Positions 46,901 to 64,000 of a stretch of DNA of 64,000 bases are shown here, piece by piece. The notes under the pieces are model-generated. The model made no database searches and was not told the origin of the DNA. It saw only the letters and a list, made by a program, of their open reading frames with translations. A program made the translations under genes and the position numbers. Where the stretch lies: NCBI GenBank assembly GCA_964035545.1, contig OZ037769.1, positions 16,274,633 through 16,338,632 of the forward strand, read 5' to 3'. How positions within the stretch are numbered: the first letter of the stretch is position 1; every line of letters begins with the position of its first letter. Source of the stretch: Bugula neritina (Eukaryota > Animalia > Bryozoa).

Positions 46901-47543
46901 ATCATAATGAGACCAGAGTCATCAATAGTTGTTTATATGACAAGCTATGCAAGGACTGTGAAAATATTGCGGTGAAATTAGCTTTACACACTCATATTAT
47001 AATTATTATTGAATAAAACTAAAAGTAAACATAATTTAAATTTTTATTTATAATGTAAATTTTTCATACTGGTAGTGGTACTGATACTAATAGTGATACT
47101 CAATAGTAGTGGTATTGATATTCAGACTGATAGTGGTATTCATTCTGGTTTTTTATATTAACACCAATCCTGTCACTGATACTGATAGTGATACTGTAGA
47201 CGCAGTACCCATGGCTATGGCTGTTCTGCAATTTAACTTGAAGGAAAATTCTTTTCAATTTTCATAGACTTATAATTCATAATTCTAGTCACTGTCATAA
47301 CATAAATATTAAACTTAATCAGCTGACAGTAGCTGTAAGCGAAGTGTAAGTGTAAGGCCAATTGCAACCATGATGATAATGAAAACAGTGTTTTTCATAG
47401 TATTATAATGCGTTACTGTGATGTTCACACACTGACACTCATCATTTTTGTATGTTTATGCATTTAGCTGGAGAGTTGTTGTTACATATACTATTAGTTA
47501 TAAAGTGATGTTACATTACTTGTGTAGCTGAAGAGTTACATTT

Positions 47544-49147
47544 ATGGAAGAAAACCCTCTCTTATCTCCATCACTGGAAGAAGTTAAGCGTTGTCAATTG
47601 TATATCACTAAAAAGAGGCGATACTGCAAGTTTCCTCCCACGAAAGGCCAAAACTTTTGTATACAACACCTTCCTAGAGATGAAGCTGGGCAGGTTAGTG
47701 AACCCGCCTTAGATATTCTCGTGTAGAGCCATGGTAGGCTATGTTTACCAAATCAGGAATTTGCCTACTCTGTAGATTCAATGGCAAGATACTACAGTGT
47801 CTGAAGGCTAAACGCATTTTGTTTTTGTAGTTTGAGTTGAATGGACAGAAACGAATTCCGTGTCCGCTGGACTCCAATCAGTAAGTGCGCCGTCTGCTTG
47901 TTGCCTTCTAGTCTGTTCATATTTCTGTAGTAAGCTGTTGGTTGGGTACACATTCTCACTGAAGTTTAAAACTTGAATAGGAAAAGCTGAAATTTTAGAA
48001 TGAGGAGTGAAAAGCATTTTAGCTGTCTCATGTACTGTCTAATTTATTTTTAGTCATAGTGATACTCATAGGTATAGTCATACTCATAGTGATGCTCATA
48101 AATATAGTCATAGTTATACTCATAGTTATACTCATAGTGATGCTCATAAATATAGTCATAGTTATACTCATAGTGATGCTCATAGTTGTAGTCATAGTTA
48201 TACTCATACTCATAGTTGTGGTTATACTCACAGTTACAGTGATAGAACTTGTCAGATAATTGTCTGTTCATGTTTCAGTTTGGTTGGCCAGTTTGGGTTA
48301 TCACATTGACTACTTTTGTACTAGTATAGTGTGTATTACTTCTCCGGTTATGTTTTAGCTCCGTATTTGAACACAAGTTGAAGTCACACCTCAAGAAATG
48401 TAGTTCCAAAAGAATAAAACCCGGGGTAAGTGTAGTCAGTACTTACTGTATGTAATATGTGTACTCAGAGTCTAGTTAGTACTTACTGTTTGTTTGAGTA
48501 TTGTATTGTAGCTGTGTTCTTGTAGGACTATTTCATTGAAGACGTCAACAGTGGTGGTGGGAGCAGTGAGGACCCCTCAATAGATGAGCAAACTGTACGT
48601 AGAACTCACTCTTTCAGTCTCAAACGAGTGACTACAGTATACATTACCAGCTGTATTGGGGTATTGTTATAGGTTTAGGCATTCTCTCTGATGACATACT
48701 GTTCTGTTCTGTACAGATTCTCCTCTCAGAGATAGATGTTGAAGAGGTAAAGGTTCTAGTCTCAAAGATCTCTAGTATATATCAAGGTATTTCAGTATAG
48801 TGATTTAGAGGTCTGTGATATCTACAGTACATGCTTACAGTACATGCTTACAGTACATGCTTACAGTACATGCTTACAGTACATGCTTACAGTATATGCT
48901 TACAGTACATGCTTACAGTACATGCTTACAGTACAGTGCTTACAGTACATGCTTACAGTACAGTGCTTACAGAGGTGTATGAGTAGATGTAGATAATATT
49001 CTCCTATTGCAACAACTAAATGATTTGTGTCACTCATTGCAGCTCACTGTCAGTTAGAGAGACGCATTGAGGAACATGAAATATTGAAGGAAGATCTGTC
49101 TAATCCAGAGCACCAGAAATGTCTGAAACACAGAAAGCAAGAGGTGA

Positions 49148-49183
<36 letters not shown>

Positions 49184-49389
49184 CAGTAGTAGCAGTAGTA
49201 GCAGTAGTAGCAGTAGTAGCAGTAGTAGTAGTAGTGGTAGTGGTAGTGGTAGTGGTAGTGGTAGTGGTAGTGGTGGTGGTAGTGGTGGTGGTAGTGGTGG
49301 TGGTAGTGGTGGTGGTAGTGGTGGTGGTAGTGGTGGTGGTAGTGGTGGTAGTAGTGGTGGTAGTAGTAGTAGTAGTGGTGGTAGTAGTA

Positions 49390-49426
<37 letters not shown>

Positions 49427-52400
49427 TAGTGGTGGTAGTAGTAGTAGTAGTGGTAGTAGTAGTAGTAGTGGTAGTAGTAGTAGTGGCAGTAGTAGTAGTG
49501 GTAGTGGTAGTGGTAGTAGTAGTGGTAGTAGACAGGCCTATAATATTAATAAAACATTGGTTTTATAAATAGAGGCTATTTTTATCTATTGAATTTACAT
49601 CTCATTTCCTGTTTAGTTGTCATGACAACAGAGATATACGTACAATCATTCACTGTCATAATTATATCTGTGACAGGCCTCACTTCTTGGCAATATGGAG
49701 AAGGCTGGTTGGCTAGTCGATGGAACAGACTACATTGAGTTTGGGGCTGGCAGAGCACGGCTCTCATCCTACCTACTTGAAAGTATTGGATCTCAGTCTA
49801 AGTCTAATGTTCTATTAATTGACCGAGACACAACTAGAAATAAGGTACTAAGGCTATGCTGTAATATAGTGAAGTGTACACTATGCTACATTACACAGGC
49901 TGTGTCATGGTACAAAGGCTATGCTATGCTAATACATATAGTACTGTTTTAGTGTGAGAACAGGTACAAGTACTTAGAATGTGGACCAAGTCTTGAGAGA
50001 GTTAGGATAGATATCAAGGATCTCGCACTAGGCAAGTTGATCTCTGGAAATTTGTTACATTGTCTTTAAACTCTAACCACTGCTAGTATATGCTAACCGT
50101 CTGCTGTATGTTATACTAGACGTCTGCTGTATATTATACTAGACGTCTGCTGTATATTATACTAGACGTCTGCTGTATATTATACTAGACGTCTGCTGTA
50201 TATTATACTAGACATCTGCTGTATATCATACTAGACGTCTGCTGTATATTATACTAGACATCTGCTGTATATCATACTAGACATCTGCTGTATGTTATAC
50301 TAGACGTCTGCTGTATATTATACTAGACGTCTGCTGTATATTATACCAGACGTCTGCTGTATGTTATACTAGACGTCTGCTGTATATTATACTAGACATT
50401 TGCTGTATATTATACTAGACGTCTGCTGTATGTTATACTAGACGTCTGCTGTATATTATACTAGACGTCTGCTGTATATTATACTAGACGTCTGCTGTAT
50501 ATTATACCAGACGTCTGCTGTATGTTATACTAGACGTCTGCTGTATATTATACTAGGCGTCTGCTGTATATTATACTAGACGTCTGCTGTATATTATACT
50601 AGACGTCTGCTGTATATTATACTAGACGTCTGCTGTATATTATACTAAACGTCTGCTGTATATTATACTAAACGTCTGCTGTATATACTGTAGAACTACA
50701 CCCAGTATCAAAGAACACACACAATGAAATAGTGGCGTACAGTAAACATCTCTGTGGCTCTGCAACAGGTAACTAATGTTTTATTTCTTAATTGAGAGTT
50801 GTCCTTCCTTATAGGAGTAATTCTCTCCCCCTTGTCTCAGTTCAGCTTGCATGCATATATTATGTTGATTTCTCCATCTAGAGTCGAAACATAACAGCAA
50901 TGCTGTGTATTTAAGTACAGCGTGTTTAGCCAGTGTTGTGTGCAATGGAGAAATCTTGGAAAATAATGTTGAAATTGTTATGTTATATTTTCGTGATGTC
51001 AGCACTTTTATTAAAGTGTAGCTTAGCAATAAACTCTATTATAAAGTATTGCTATCACTTATAGATTTATTATAGACTAATACAATACAATGCTGAGTTA
51101 CAGATCTTACATTGAGATGCGTACAAAGAGTGGGGAGGCATGATAACTCCTCCGTAACTGTAGATAGTCAGGCAAAGAAACCTAGGCTAGAGTGTAAAAG
51201 GTTAGTAACATCTAAAGTAGACTCCGCTGGAGTCATTTCATTGGTTGATGCGTTTCATTGGTCGAGCTGTGTCATTGGTCGAATTTATCATCAACTAGAT
51301 TCTAAAAGGTAATCAATTATTAGAAATGTGAAATTTGATCCTACGGTAAATTGTTTTCTTGTGAATAATATAACTGTGTAGTTGAGTATCGGGTAGCCTC
51401 ATTCTCACTTCTATTTCCTGTAGAGTGAAGGGTGTGCAGATAGCTCTCTGCTGCCACCACCGCTGCACTTGGGCTCCTTACACTGGCAAGGAGTTCTGGG
51501 ACACTTGCGGACTGACCCCGCGTGACTTCCTTATTGCGAGAACTCTGAGCAGCTGGGCAACTTGTGCATTCCCTGACAAAGATGTGCCGAGGGAAGACAA
51601 ATCTAGTCATGCAGTTTCTACCATGTCCGATAAAGAGTTCAACAGGTAAGGAGGGGACAATTCCATTGGTATACAATTTAGAAGATCTGAAGGAAAAGGT
51701 TTCTACTTTGTAGAATGTAAAGTATCTCAATGTAGCATAATATTTTTAAAAGCTTTTCATTTAGTTTTATTGATTTCTTCTGCTAATATTACAAAGTTAT
51801 ATTATATTTTCTGTGTAATGTAGCCAACGCAATTAGCATTCTTGTGCCGCCCAAGTGCTTATTTAAAGTTGTCTTCTCATTCTACTGAACCCCCTTCTAG
51901 TGGAAGTTTACAGATTACTTCTCCATATTGGGATGAGTTACCAAATAGTCACTCGAATTTACCAACAGTCACTGTCCCACAACGATCCACCTAATAAAAC
52001 TAGCTCCGTAATCCCACTCATAAAACTTACGTCAAGTAAATGAGCAGACTTCATCCAAGACATGCTCAACTGCTGTATCACACTGAGCAGAGCAGTTAAC
52101 TTGAACCTGAAATAAGCCCTTTCTACAAGTTACATCATGTCCATATTCTAGCCAGCCATTAATCAAACAGTGTGCTGCACACTATTGTACTGTCAAAGGG
52201 GACAGGAACTATCATTGTGATGAAATACCTGCATAAACTCTTGCAAGTCAAGTTGATCTATTGCTTGTTATGGTTATTGATGCAAGTTTAATAGAAGATC
52301 CTGAAATACTGCAACTGCAAAGGGAATATTTATATCTACTAGATAGAACTGGCTTTGAATAATCTATAGTAGCCACTAATAACCAGTTTCAACCATGTTG

Positions 52401-52720
52401 GCACTGGTTTGTAAACACATGTTGACACTGTGTAAACTATATTCAGCCACAATGTTGACTGTCTCTATTGTAGGTATTCATTCTGGAGCTCAGATGAGAG
52501 AGAGAAGATAGGGCTGCAGTGTAAGAGAGTAATAGACGCAGGTAGAGCAAGTTACCTGCGTCAGCTGGGCTACAAGGCCACACTAGTCGAGTATGTGGGG
52601 AAAGGCGTGTCACTAGAGAATGTCATGCTAGTAGCCACACCTGCTGGCACCCAGACTGTCTCTACGCCAACTACTACCACCGGGAACCAACAGCTTGCAG
52701 AAAATGAACTGCTTGTATAA
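47544..52720 (+). CDS. TRMT13: tRNA:m(4)X 2'-O-methyltransferase TRM13, 464 aa
   Basis: Exons 47544-47693, 47831-47880, 48359-48425, 48526-48594, 48717-48786, 49043-49143, 49677-49844, 49953-50031 (GC donor), 50694-50768, 51104-51200, 51424-51645, 52474-52720. Motifs: zf-TRM13 KKRRYC..FCIQH, CHHC finger RIPCPLD..H..HLKKC, EFGAGR, SKHLCGSATDL, IALCCHH, SSWATC, CKRVIDAGR, SLENV. Confidence 0.95.
48050..48235. repeat. 6/12-bp degenerate repeat (CATAGTTATACT) in TRMT13 intron 2
   Basis: Direct inspection. Confidence 0.85.
48823..48972. repeat. 13-bp minisatellite in TRMT13 intron 5
   Basis: Unit TACAGTACATGCT. Confidence 0.92.
49144..49531. repeat. (GTA/GTG/GCA)n microsatellite starting at a TRMT13 donor
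   Basis: GAG|GTGATAGTAGTAG... Confidence 0.95.
50098..50687. repeat. 23-bp minisatellite, ~25 copies, ending at a TRMT13 acceptor
   Basis: Unit GTCTGCTGTATATTATACTAGAC. Confidence 0.96.
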
Positions 52721-52931
52721 CTTTTATTCTTTACAAAGTAATTTAATGAATATATAAAAATACATTTTCACAAACTACACTTCAAAATATTCTACATGGA
52801 ACTGTGTGTTTAATAGCGAGGACTGCATAGAAAGTGTTATAAATATTGCAGGATAGAATGCCTTGTAGCTAGACTGAATGCTAGGTATCGAGTCTATTAA
52901 GTGTGAAGTTAACGGGCTATACAGAGTAGCC

Positions 52932-57626
<4,695 letters not shown>

Positions 57627-57669
57627 CTTTAAAATTGAAATTGAGTTGCAAAAGAAGAGAACCTTCACG

Positions 57670-57790
57670 AACACGTGCTACCGCGCTAAAAGCTTCTAGA
57701 GGAAGAGAAAGAATGAGCAATGCAAGTAAATTTATATAAATAAAATCGACGGTTTTGACCACGCCCCTTTGCTGTTTTCTAAACCAATTA
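57670..57790 (-). promoter_or_regulatory. Putative AHCY core promoter
   Basis: TATA-like TATATAAA (57731-57738), pyrimidine-rich Inr-like CTCATTCTTTCTC (~57705-57717), GC box CCACGCCCC (57759), CCAAT (57784) and E-box CACGTG (57672), all just upstream of the ATG. Confidence 0.4.
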
Positions 57791-58933
57791 TGATTTGAGC
57801 AACAGAAACTATCAAAGAGAGGATAACTCTATAGACAAACAGTTTACGTCTATACCAAGTAAAATAATATAACGATAAAACCGAATTGTTTACCAAAACA
57901 TACAACAGCTAAATGGTATAAAGTGAATGAAATTTATAGTTTGTCTCAAATTTCTTTCACTACGTGTTATTTTTTTAATGTCTTTATCTGCAATATATAA
58001 TGTTGAATCAATCATTTATTATACTCATTCTATGTTATATTATAAGCACTACTGTTTCACTTATTTTATACATAAATTACTTTTAAAATTATTAAGTAAT
58101 GACTAGCAGCAATTACTTTATTTTTAACTAAAATATAGTTTAAAGTTTTACATTGCATGCATAAAAAAATTGCTTGAATTATCCAATATGTCCCAACATA
58201 TAATTAGCTAGTTCAATCTATGCAAATAACTAAAAATCACAATAATTTGATGGTGTATGTTATAGCAAGGAATATTATATTTCTATATAAAATATTGCAT
58301 ATTGAAGTATATTATTATATAATTTATAATCACTATATAGAATATTACTGGCAATGAATATTAATTACTATATGTGAATATAAGTAGGTATATAAATATT
58401 TTTGAGTTAGTATAATAATTCAAGAATTATGAAATAATTCGATTAAAATACAAGCTATGGTTTATAAAATATTCAGCATTATAGAATCATATTATTTATC
58501 AATATAAAGCAAAACTTTAGATATTAAAAACGATAGGTGCAGACATTACTCGTTGCATAAACACTTTAGCTGTCTAGTGATCATTTTGTAGAGGTCACTG
58601 CAAAGGTCAATAAAGAGCTCATTGTAAAGGTTAACGTCGAGGTTAAGTTAGACTTCTGCAGTCAATCTAGAGCTCAATGTAAGCATAGCATAGTATGTTG
58701 TGATAAAAGAACCCTAATATATAAAAAGCTGCATTATAAACAGCTTGAGAAAATAGTTTTCTATAAGTTTATCGAGTAAGAAAATATAGTAGAAATATGG
58801 ATAAACAAATAATGCAAATGGCCAACTATTATATGTAAAGCAGTATACTGATGCAATAGTTTAAATAAAAATAATTGTTGTGTAACATTCAACTATATAA
58901 TATATTCTAATGATGCACCCTCAATATTAGATA

Positions 58934-61900
58934 TTATGCAAGTGTGTTGTTTGTTTCTATTGTATCTGGTTGCTTAGTTACGGCTTTTTCAGAGGTTGCT
59001 ATGGTGTCCGGTTGCTTAGCAACGGGCTGCAGTATTATGTCTATAGACGATTCTCTCACCACGTCCAGAGTGTCCACAGATGAGACCAGCTGTAATGGAA
59101 TACAAAATTAAATACATGTGTGCTAATAAAATGCCAAATTTATGTGAACATATGTCAATTTTAGTATAATATGGTAAACGTAATTGGTGTAATAATTATA
59201 TACAATATTTTACTATATATTATCATATGCAATACTAGGTATATTGTATTAGAATGCATAGTATTTTGCAATATATAATGTACTGCAAAAATGTTGTATG
59301 GTATGTCCAACATTTTATGTAGCATAATATAGTATAATATAATAAATATAACATAATATAATATATTAGATATGTTATATTATATATGTCAGCATGCATG
59401 TCTATGTGCTACTCAGTAAGTAAAATAAACAAACATGATAAATGTATTATAGCCATGCGGCCATAGTAATACAATAGGTTTAGAAAAATTGTGTATAACA
59501 ACATATAGAGCAGGTGATGTGAAAGTATAACATGGGAAATAAAGCATTAAATTAGTCATTATACGTGTGTAATATTATATATAGTAAGTGACAATGTAGC
59601 ATGGGTAGTCAGTAGTGGGTAGTATCATATCAATCACGATGGTATCATACCGTGGGTAATGTTATATCGATGCAGCCGGTACTAGTATTATACCATGCAT
59701 GAGTGATTTTCTTGTGAGTAATTTACCACGTGTCGTGTTGTGTACAGTTATATAGTAGTTTGTATACATATTATTATAAATTATTAATATATTGATTGGA
59801 TACAAAATGATGCAGGTTAACACAGACAAACAAAAGTTATTGTGTGCACTGTGAGGTAATTTACCAGACTACAGTTTTGTGTCTCTTATATCTGCAGTAA
59901 AACAAGTCGCCTTTATTAAATAAAATATTATCTTTAGTTGAATTTTTAAAAAAATTGGAATTATCTTTCCATTTCTCTCACCTCGGCTTTGCTAAGGCTC
60001 ATCATTCCACCTCCATTTTTCTTCAAACTTTTATTACGACGAGAATCTTGAGCACTTTCCTTGGGCAGCTTACGGCGAGTTTTAGCATGTGTGTAGTAGA
60101 GGGAGAAATTGTTGACGACAATTGGTACTGTAAATTATATAATGTAATGTAATGTAATATAATATAATTTAATATGATATAATATAATTTAATAGATTAT
60201 AATATAATATTATATAGTACAATATAATATAATATAATATAATATAATATAGTATAATAAAATATAATATAATATAGTATAGTATAATATAGTATAGTAT
60301 AATATAGTATAGTATAATATAATATAGTATAATATAATATAGTATAATAAAATATAATATAATATAATATTATAATACAACTAATTATAAAATCGTAATA
60401 TATTAATATAATGTAATATATAAAGATATTGTATTTCTTACATATCTACAGCGGGTAATATATATATAATATACATGATATATATATAATATGCTATTTA
60501 CTGTAGATATAATATTGACTATGTTAAACATTCTTCTTATTAAACAGTTTTCTGCAATTATAATATTATATGTATGATTGCATAACATTACTTACATGTA
60601 CACTAATAATCTTACATAATATTATACAATGTTTCATGCTATTGAATATAATATACATGTTATATTTCTATAAGGCAGGGCACAATATTAAACAGTATAT
60701 TATAACAGTTATAATACATTATATAATAATTCATATTCGTTAATGAAGTCTTGACACTAGAAGGTGTGATGTTACCTATTATTTTTCATTATTACATTAC
60801 TTTATATTATTACATTACATTACATTATTACATTACTTTATATTATCACATTACATTACATTATTACATTACTTTATATTATTACATTACATTACATTAT
60901 TACATTACTTTATATTATTACATTACATTATTACATTACTTTATATTATCACATTACATTACATTATTACATTACTTTATATTATTACATTACATTACAT
61001 TATTACATTACTTTATATTATTACATTACATTATTACATTACTTTATATTATCACATTACATTACATTATTACATTACTTTATATTATTACATTACATTA
61101 CATTATTACATTACTTTATATTATCACATTACATTACATTATTACATTACTTTATATTATTACATTACATTACATTACTTTATATTATTACATTACATTA
61201 CATTACTTTATATTATTACATTACATTACATTATATTACATTACTTTAAATTATTACAATATTACATATTACATTACATATTATATTATTACATTATGAA
61301 GCACGTTAGAACGTCATCAACTTGTCATATGGAGTTTTCCCTACTAGAAGTTGAATTAAACAAGAAAAGATAATTCTACTTACCTGTGAAAGCTATCACC
61401 AATACTCCTGACATGACACATATGGAACCAACCAAATACCCCACCAGCTGCTTGGGGTGTTTGTCCCCGTACCCTACTGTCGTCATGGTAACCAATGCCC
61501 ACCAAAAACCTGTGAAAACAGCAACACACCCTCAAAGTCTAGAGTCGGTAAACAGCTAGACTGGAGTTCACATCGCACAAAGAGAGACTACATGCTCCTC
61601 CAGAATATGGCTGCTAGTGGTAGTGGCGGAGAAATGCAAGTTCACTACAAGTTTTATTTTCATAATAAGTTGTATGTTGATATGATAATTGTATAATAAC
61701 ACAGCTTTGGTTCGAGCTATTTGAAGATTTTATAACTTTTATGTATATCCAGAATTAAAATGTAAAATATAATTTTAATATTTTGTATCAAGAATATTGT
61801 TCTACTATGAGATATAGCAGCTGTATTTAGCATACATCTATTCTCATAATTATAGGGCATATAACATAATAACTTGAGTTGAGGCATTGTAGTCATAACG

Positions 61901-62846
61901 AAACACAATAGACTGAGAGCATAGAAACCTACCGATAGGTATTGAGGGGAAGTTATTCTCTTCTGCATAGTGAATGATGCTTGCAAATATAAGTACTCCC
62001 GTCATGAGATAAACTACCATGAGAAGTAACTCCTTAGTGCTCACCTGTATATAGGGGTTACATTATACTGTATTGTATTACATGGTATATAGTGTATAGT
62101 GTGTAGTGTATAGTGCTTAGTGTATATAGTATATAGTATATATAGATTATAGTGTATAGTGCACAATATTATATAGTATATAGTACATAGTATATATATT
62201 TATATGTAATATACAGTATATAGTATATTATAGTACTATAAAGTATCTATTATCTAGTACATAGTACACACTATACTAAAATTATACCCCATACTAAGCA
62301 CATTCAATCAGAATTGTATACACATCGATATTGATTAGGAAATAATTATTATATGCAGATAACCAAAGCTAATATCATGTTTTATTGCATCACATTACGT
62401 AATTATAAACTACATGCACTATTTGCTTATATGTCTGTCTTTACAAACAACTAGTGACTGTAAAAAGTAGTCAACTTTCAAATTTGTTACAAAAATTGAG
62501 TAGATAACTCCCAACAAATACAAATTTCTATCCAACCAATAACCACTATGGATATTAATATGATTGGTTATTACTGTCGTTATTCTTTATCTAAACTTCA
62601 ACCTTGAAATGGACAGTATTTATATGTTAGACTGAGGCTACATTTAGATTTATCAGAAATAAGGGGAGGGGGTGACAGTACGCCCTACCTTTATGGTGTA
62701 GGCTAATATCTTGAATGCGGAGTAATGTTTCATCAGCTTAAAGACTCTCAGCACGCGGACTGTACGAAGTACAGTGATAGTCTTTAGGAAGTCTCCAGCC
62801 TTCTCGTACTGACTGTAGTTCATGTCGTCTTCATCTAGTATGTGGT
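58934..62846 (-). CDS. Voltage-gated K+ channel, Shaw/Kv3-like, 3' part (S4 to C-terminus); 5' exons lie beyond the window
   Basis: Exons 62846-62689, 62044-61933, 61509-61384, 60127-59982, 59089-58934. S4 [16 protein letters not shown]5, pore [16 protein letters not shown]6 [12 protein letters not shown], and Shaw-type post-S6 [13 protein letters not shown]. The last exon is less certain. Confidence 0.88.
60789..61295. repeat. ATTAC-based degenerate repeat in a Kv intron
   Basis: Direct inspection; (AATAT)n is also present at 60130-60375. Confidence 0.9.
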
Positions 62847-63771
62847 CTGAAATATACTACCAGAAACACAAACTCTGAACCATCAGTCTATAGGATTGTG
62901 ATAATGTAACTCAAGAACTCAGGCTACTGATGAATAAAATAGCCCAGTTTCTAGTTTGTCAATTTATATAGGAGCGTGTTTACTATTCATAGCAATTAAT
63001 TGTTTTTTTGTCAAGAGAAACAGAAAAAAAGTGAAAACTGGAAAGGTGAGTATGGCAATCTATCTCGTTAGGTAAATTATGGAGAGGATAATTCCCACAG
63101 AGAAGAAGCGGTGATATTGTATTGTTAATCAGACTGGACTACCAAACCTTTGCAGATGATATTGAAAAAGCTTCCATAGCATTGATTGCCAGCATAATAT
63201 TATTTAAATGACCAGTGAGTAAAAGTTGACTATGTACATATTTCTACATGATAATGTCATCCACTTGCATAACCTGTCAAGTGTCAAGGGAGCAAGTGCT
63301 TTCTATCCACCAGACACTTGCATAACACATAACTATGCTTTATATACAAAGGCTAAGTGCAGCACTGGGAATTCAGGTGCATGCAGCAGTAGTTCACAGG
63401 CAACTAAGTGTTGACAGAATAATTAAAATTAGGTAAGCGAGCCACAGAATAGCAAGAAAAGCAGCACTAAGTTCATATACACCTACGCACTACGCCCACA
63501 AGATTGTCATATCAATACAATGAATTTAGTTCTCACACATACAACAATTAATTTTGTTACGGAATTCAATTTATTTCAAGTTAGAAAGCAAATAATATAG
63601 TTGTGATAGTTTGAGTTGTGAATTGCATGCAGTTAGTCACACTACTCAGGGTGGGGGTGTTATAGCCGTAGCTAATCCGTAACCAAAACTTACCATTAGT
63701 CTAACTTTTCCTACTGTCTGCATACCAAGGCAAATAAAACTGTTTAGACTGAGTGAAACGAGCTCACTTAC

Positions 63772-63784
63772 CTGCGTGCTGAAT
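63772..63784 (-). CDS. Candidate 13-nt microexon of the Kv gene (S3-S4 linker, IQHA-D)
   Basis: TGTTGACAG|ATTCAGCACGCAG|GTAAGTG. With a phase-0 entry it exits in phase 1, as the 62846 exon requires. Confidence 0.45.
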
Positions 63785-64000
63785 CTGTCAACACGCAGGT
63801 AAAGCACGTTTCGAAATTCAATTGTATTTACATATATTATTTATTTAAACTTCAACTGGAATTAAGCCAGGTACGTTCAAGAAAAATTCTACGGAGTTTA
63901 TTTCATGCAAAAGTGTTTCAGTGCTTAATTAACTGCTTGCATAACATGTCACTCAACTTTAGGCTAGGCTGAAAAATAAATTTTCTTTTTATTCATTTCC

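Noticed and set aside
59865-59891. 27-nt microexon-like block (CTGCAG|...|GTAAAT) in a Kv intron
   Set aside because: In the required phase 0 it reads Ile-stop. It could be a poison exon, but nothing in the sequence supports that.

Overview
This is AT-rich, intron-rich animal (invertebrate) genomic DNA, not prokaryotic. I cannot identify the species from the sequence alone. I built seven spliced protein-coding genes by hand, checking splice sites and exon phases: the 3' half of ABCB6 (+); a complete TANC/rolling-pebbles-like RING-NTPase-ankyrin-TPR gene (-); a small RING plus beta-propeller E3-like gene (-); RAD23 (-); TRMT13 (+, with one GC-AG intron); AHCY (-); and the 3' half of a Shaw/Kv3-like K+ channel (-). 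Mobile DNA includes a decayed Academ-type transposon (TAG..CTA TIRs, TAA TSD, XPG-like and Cys-rich remnants), a 2.6 kb CAC-ended TIR element, a hAT-like MITE in AHCY and two tRNA-derived SINE-like heads. The most striking unexplained pattern is that many introns carry their own private minisatellite. In at least six cases the repeat unit is a copy of the neighbouring exon-intron junction. Duplicated acceptors are mostly inactivated, while duplicated donors mostly stay intact. Other leads are a 13-nt Kv microexon folded into a hairpin, three CTCF-like motifs next to (GA)~147, a 14-copy CCAAT array, and a likely 3' overlap between AHCY and TRMT13. Most small ORFs in the supplied track are repeat artefacts.
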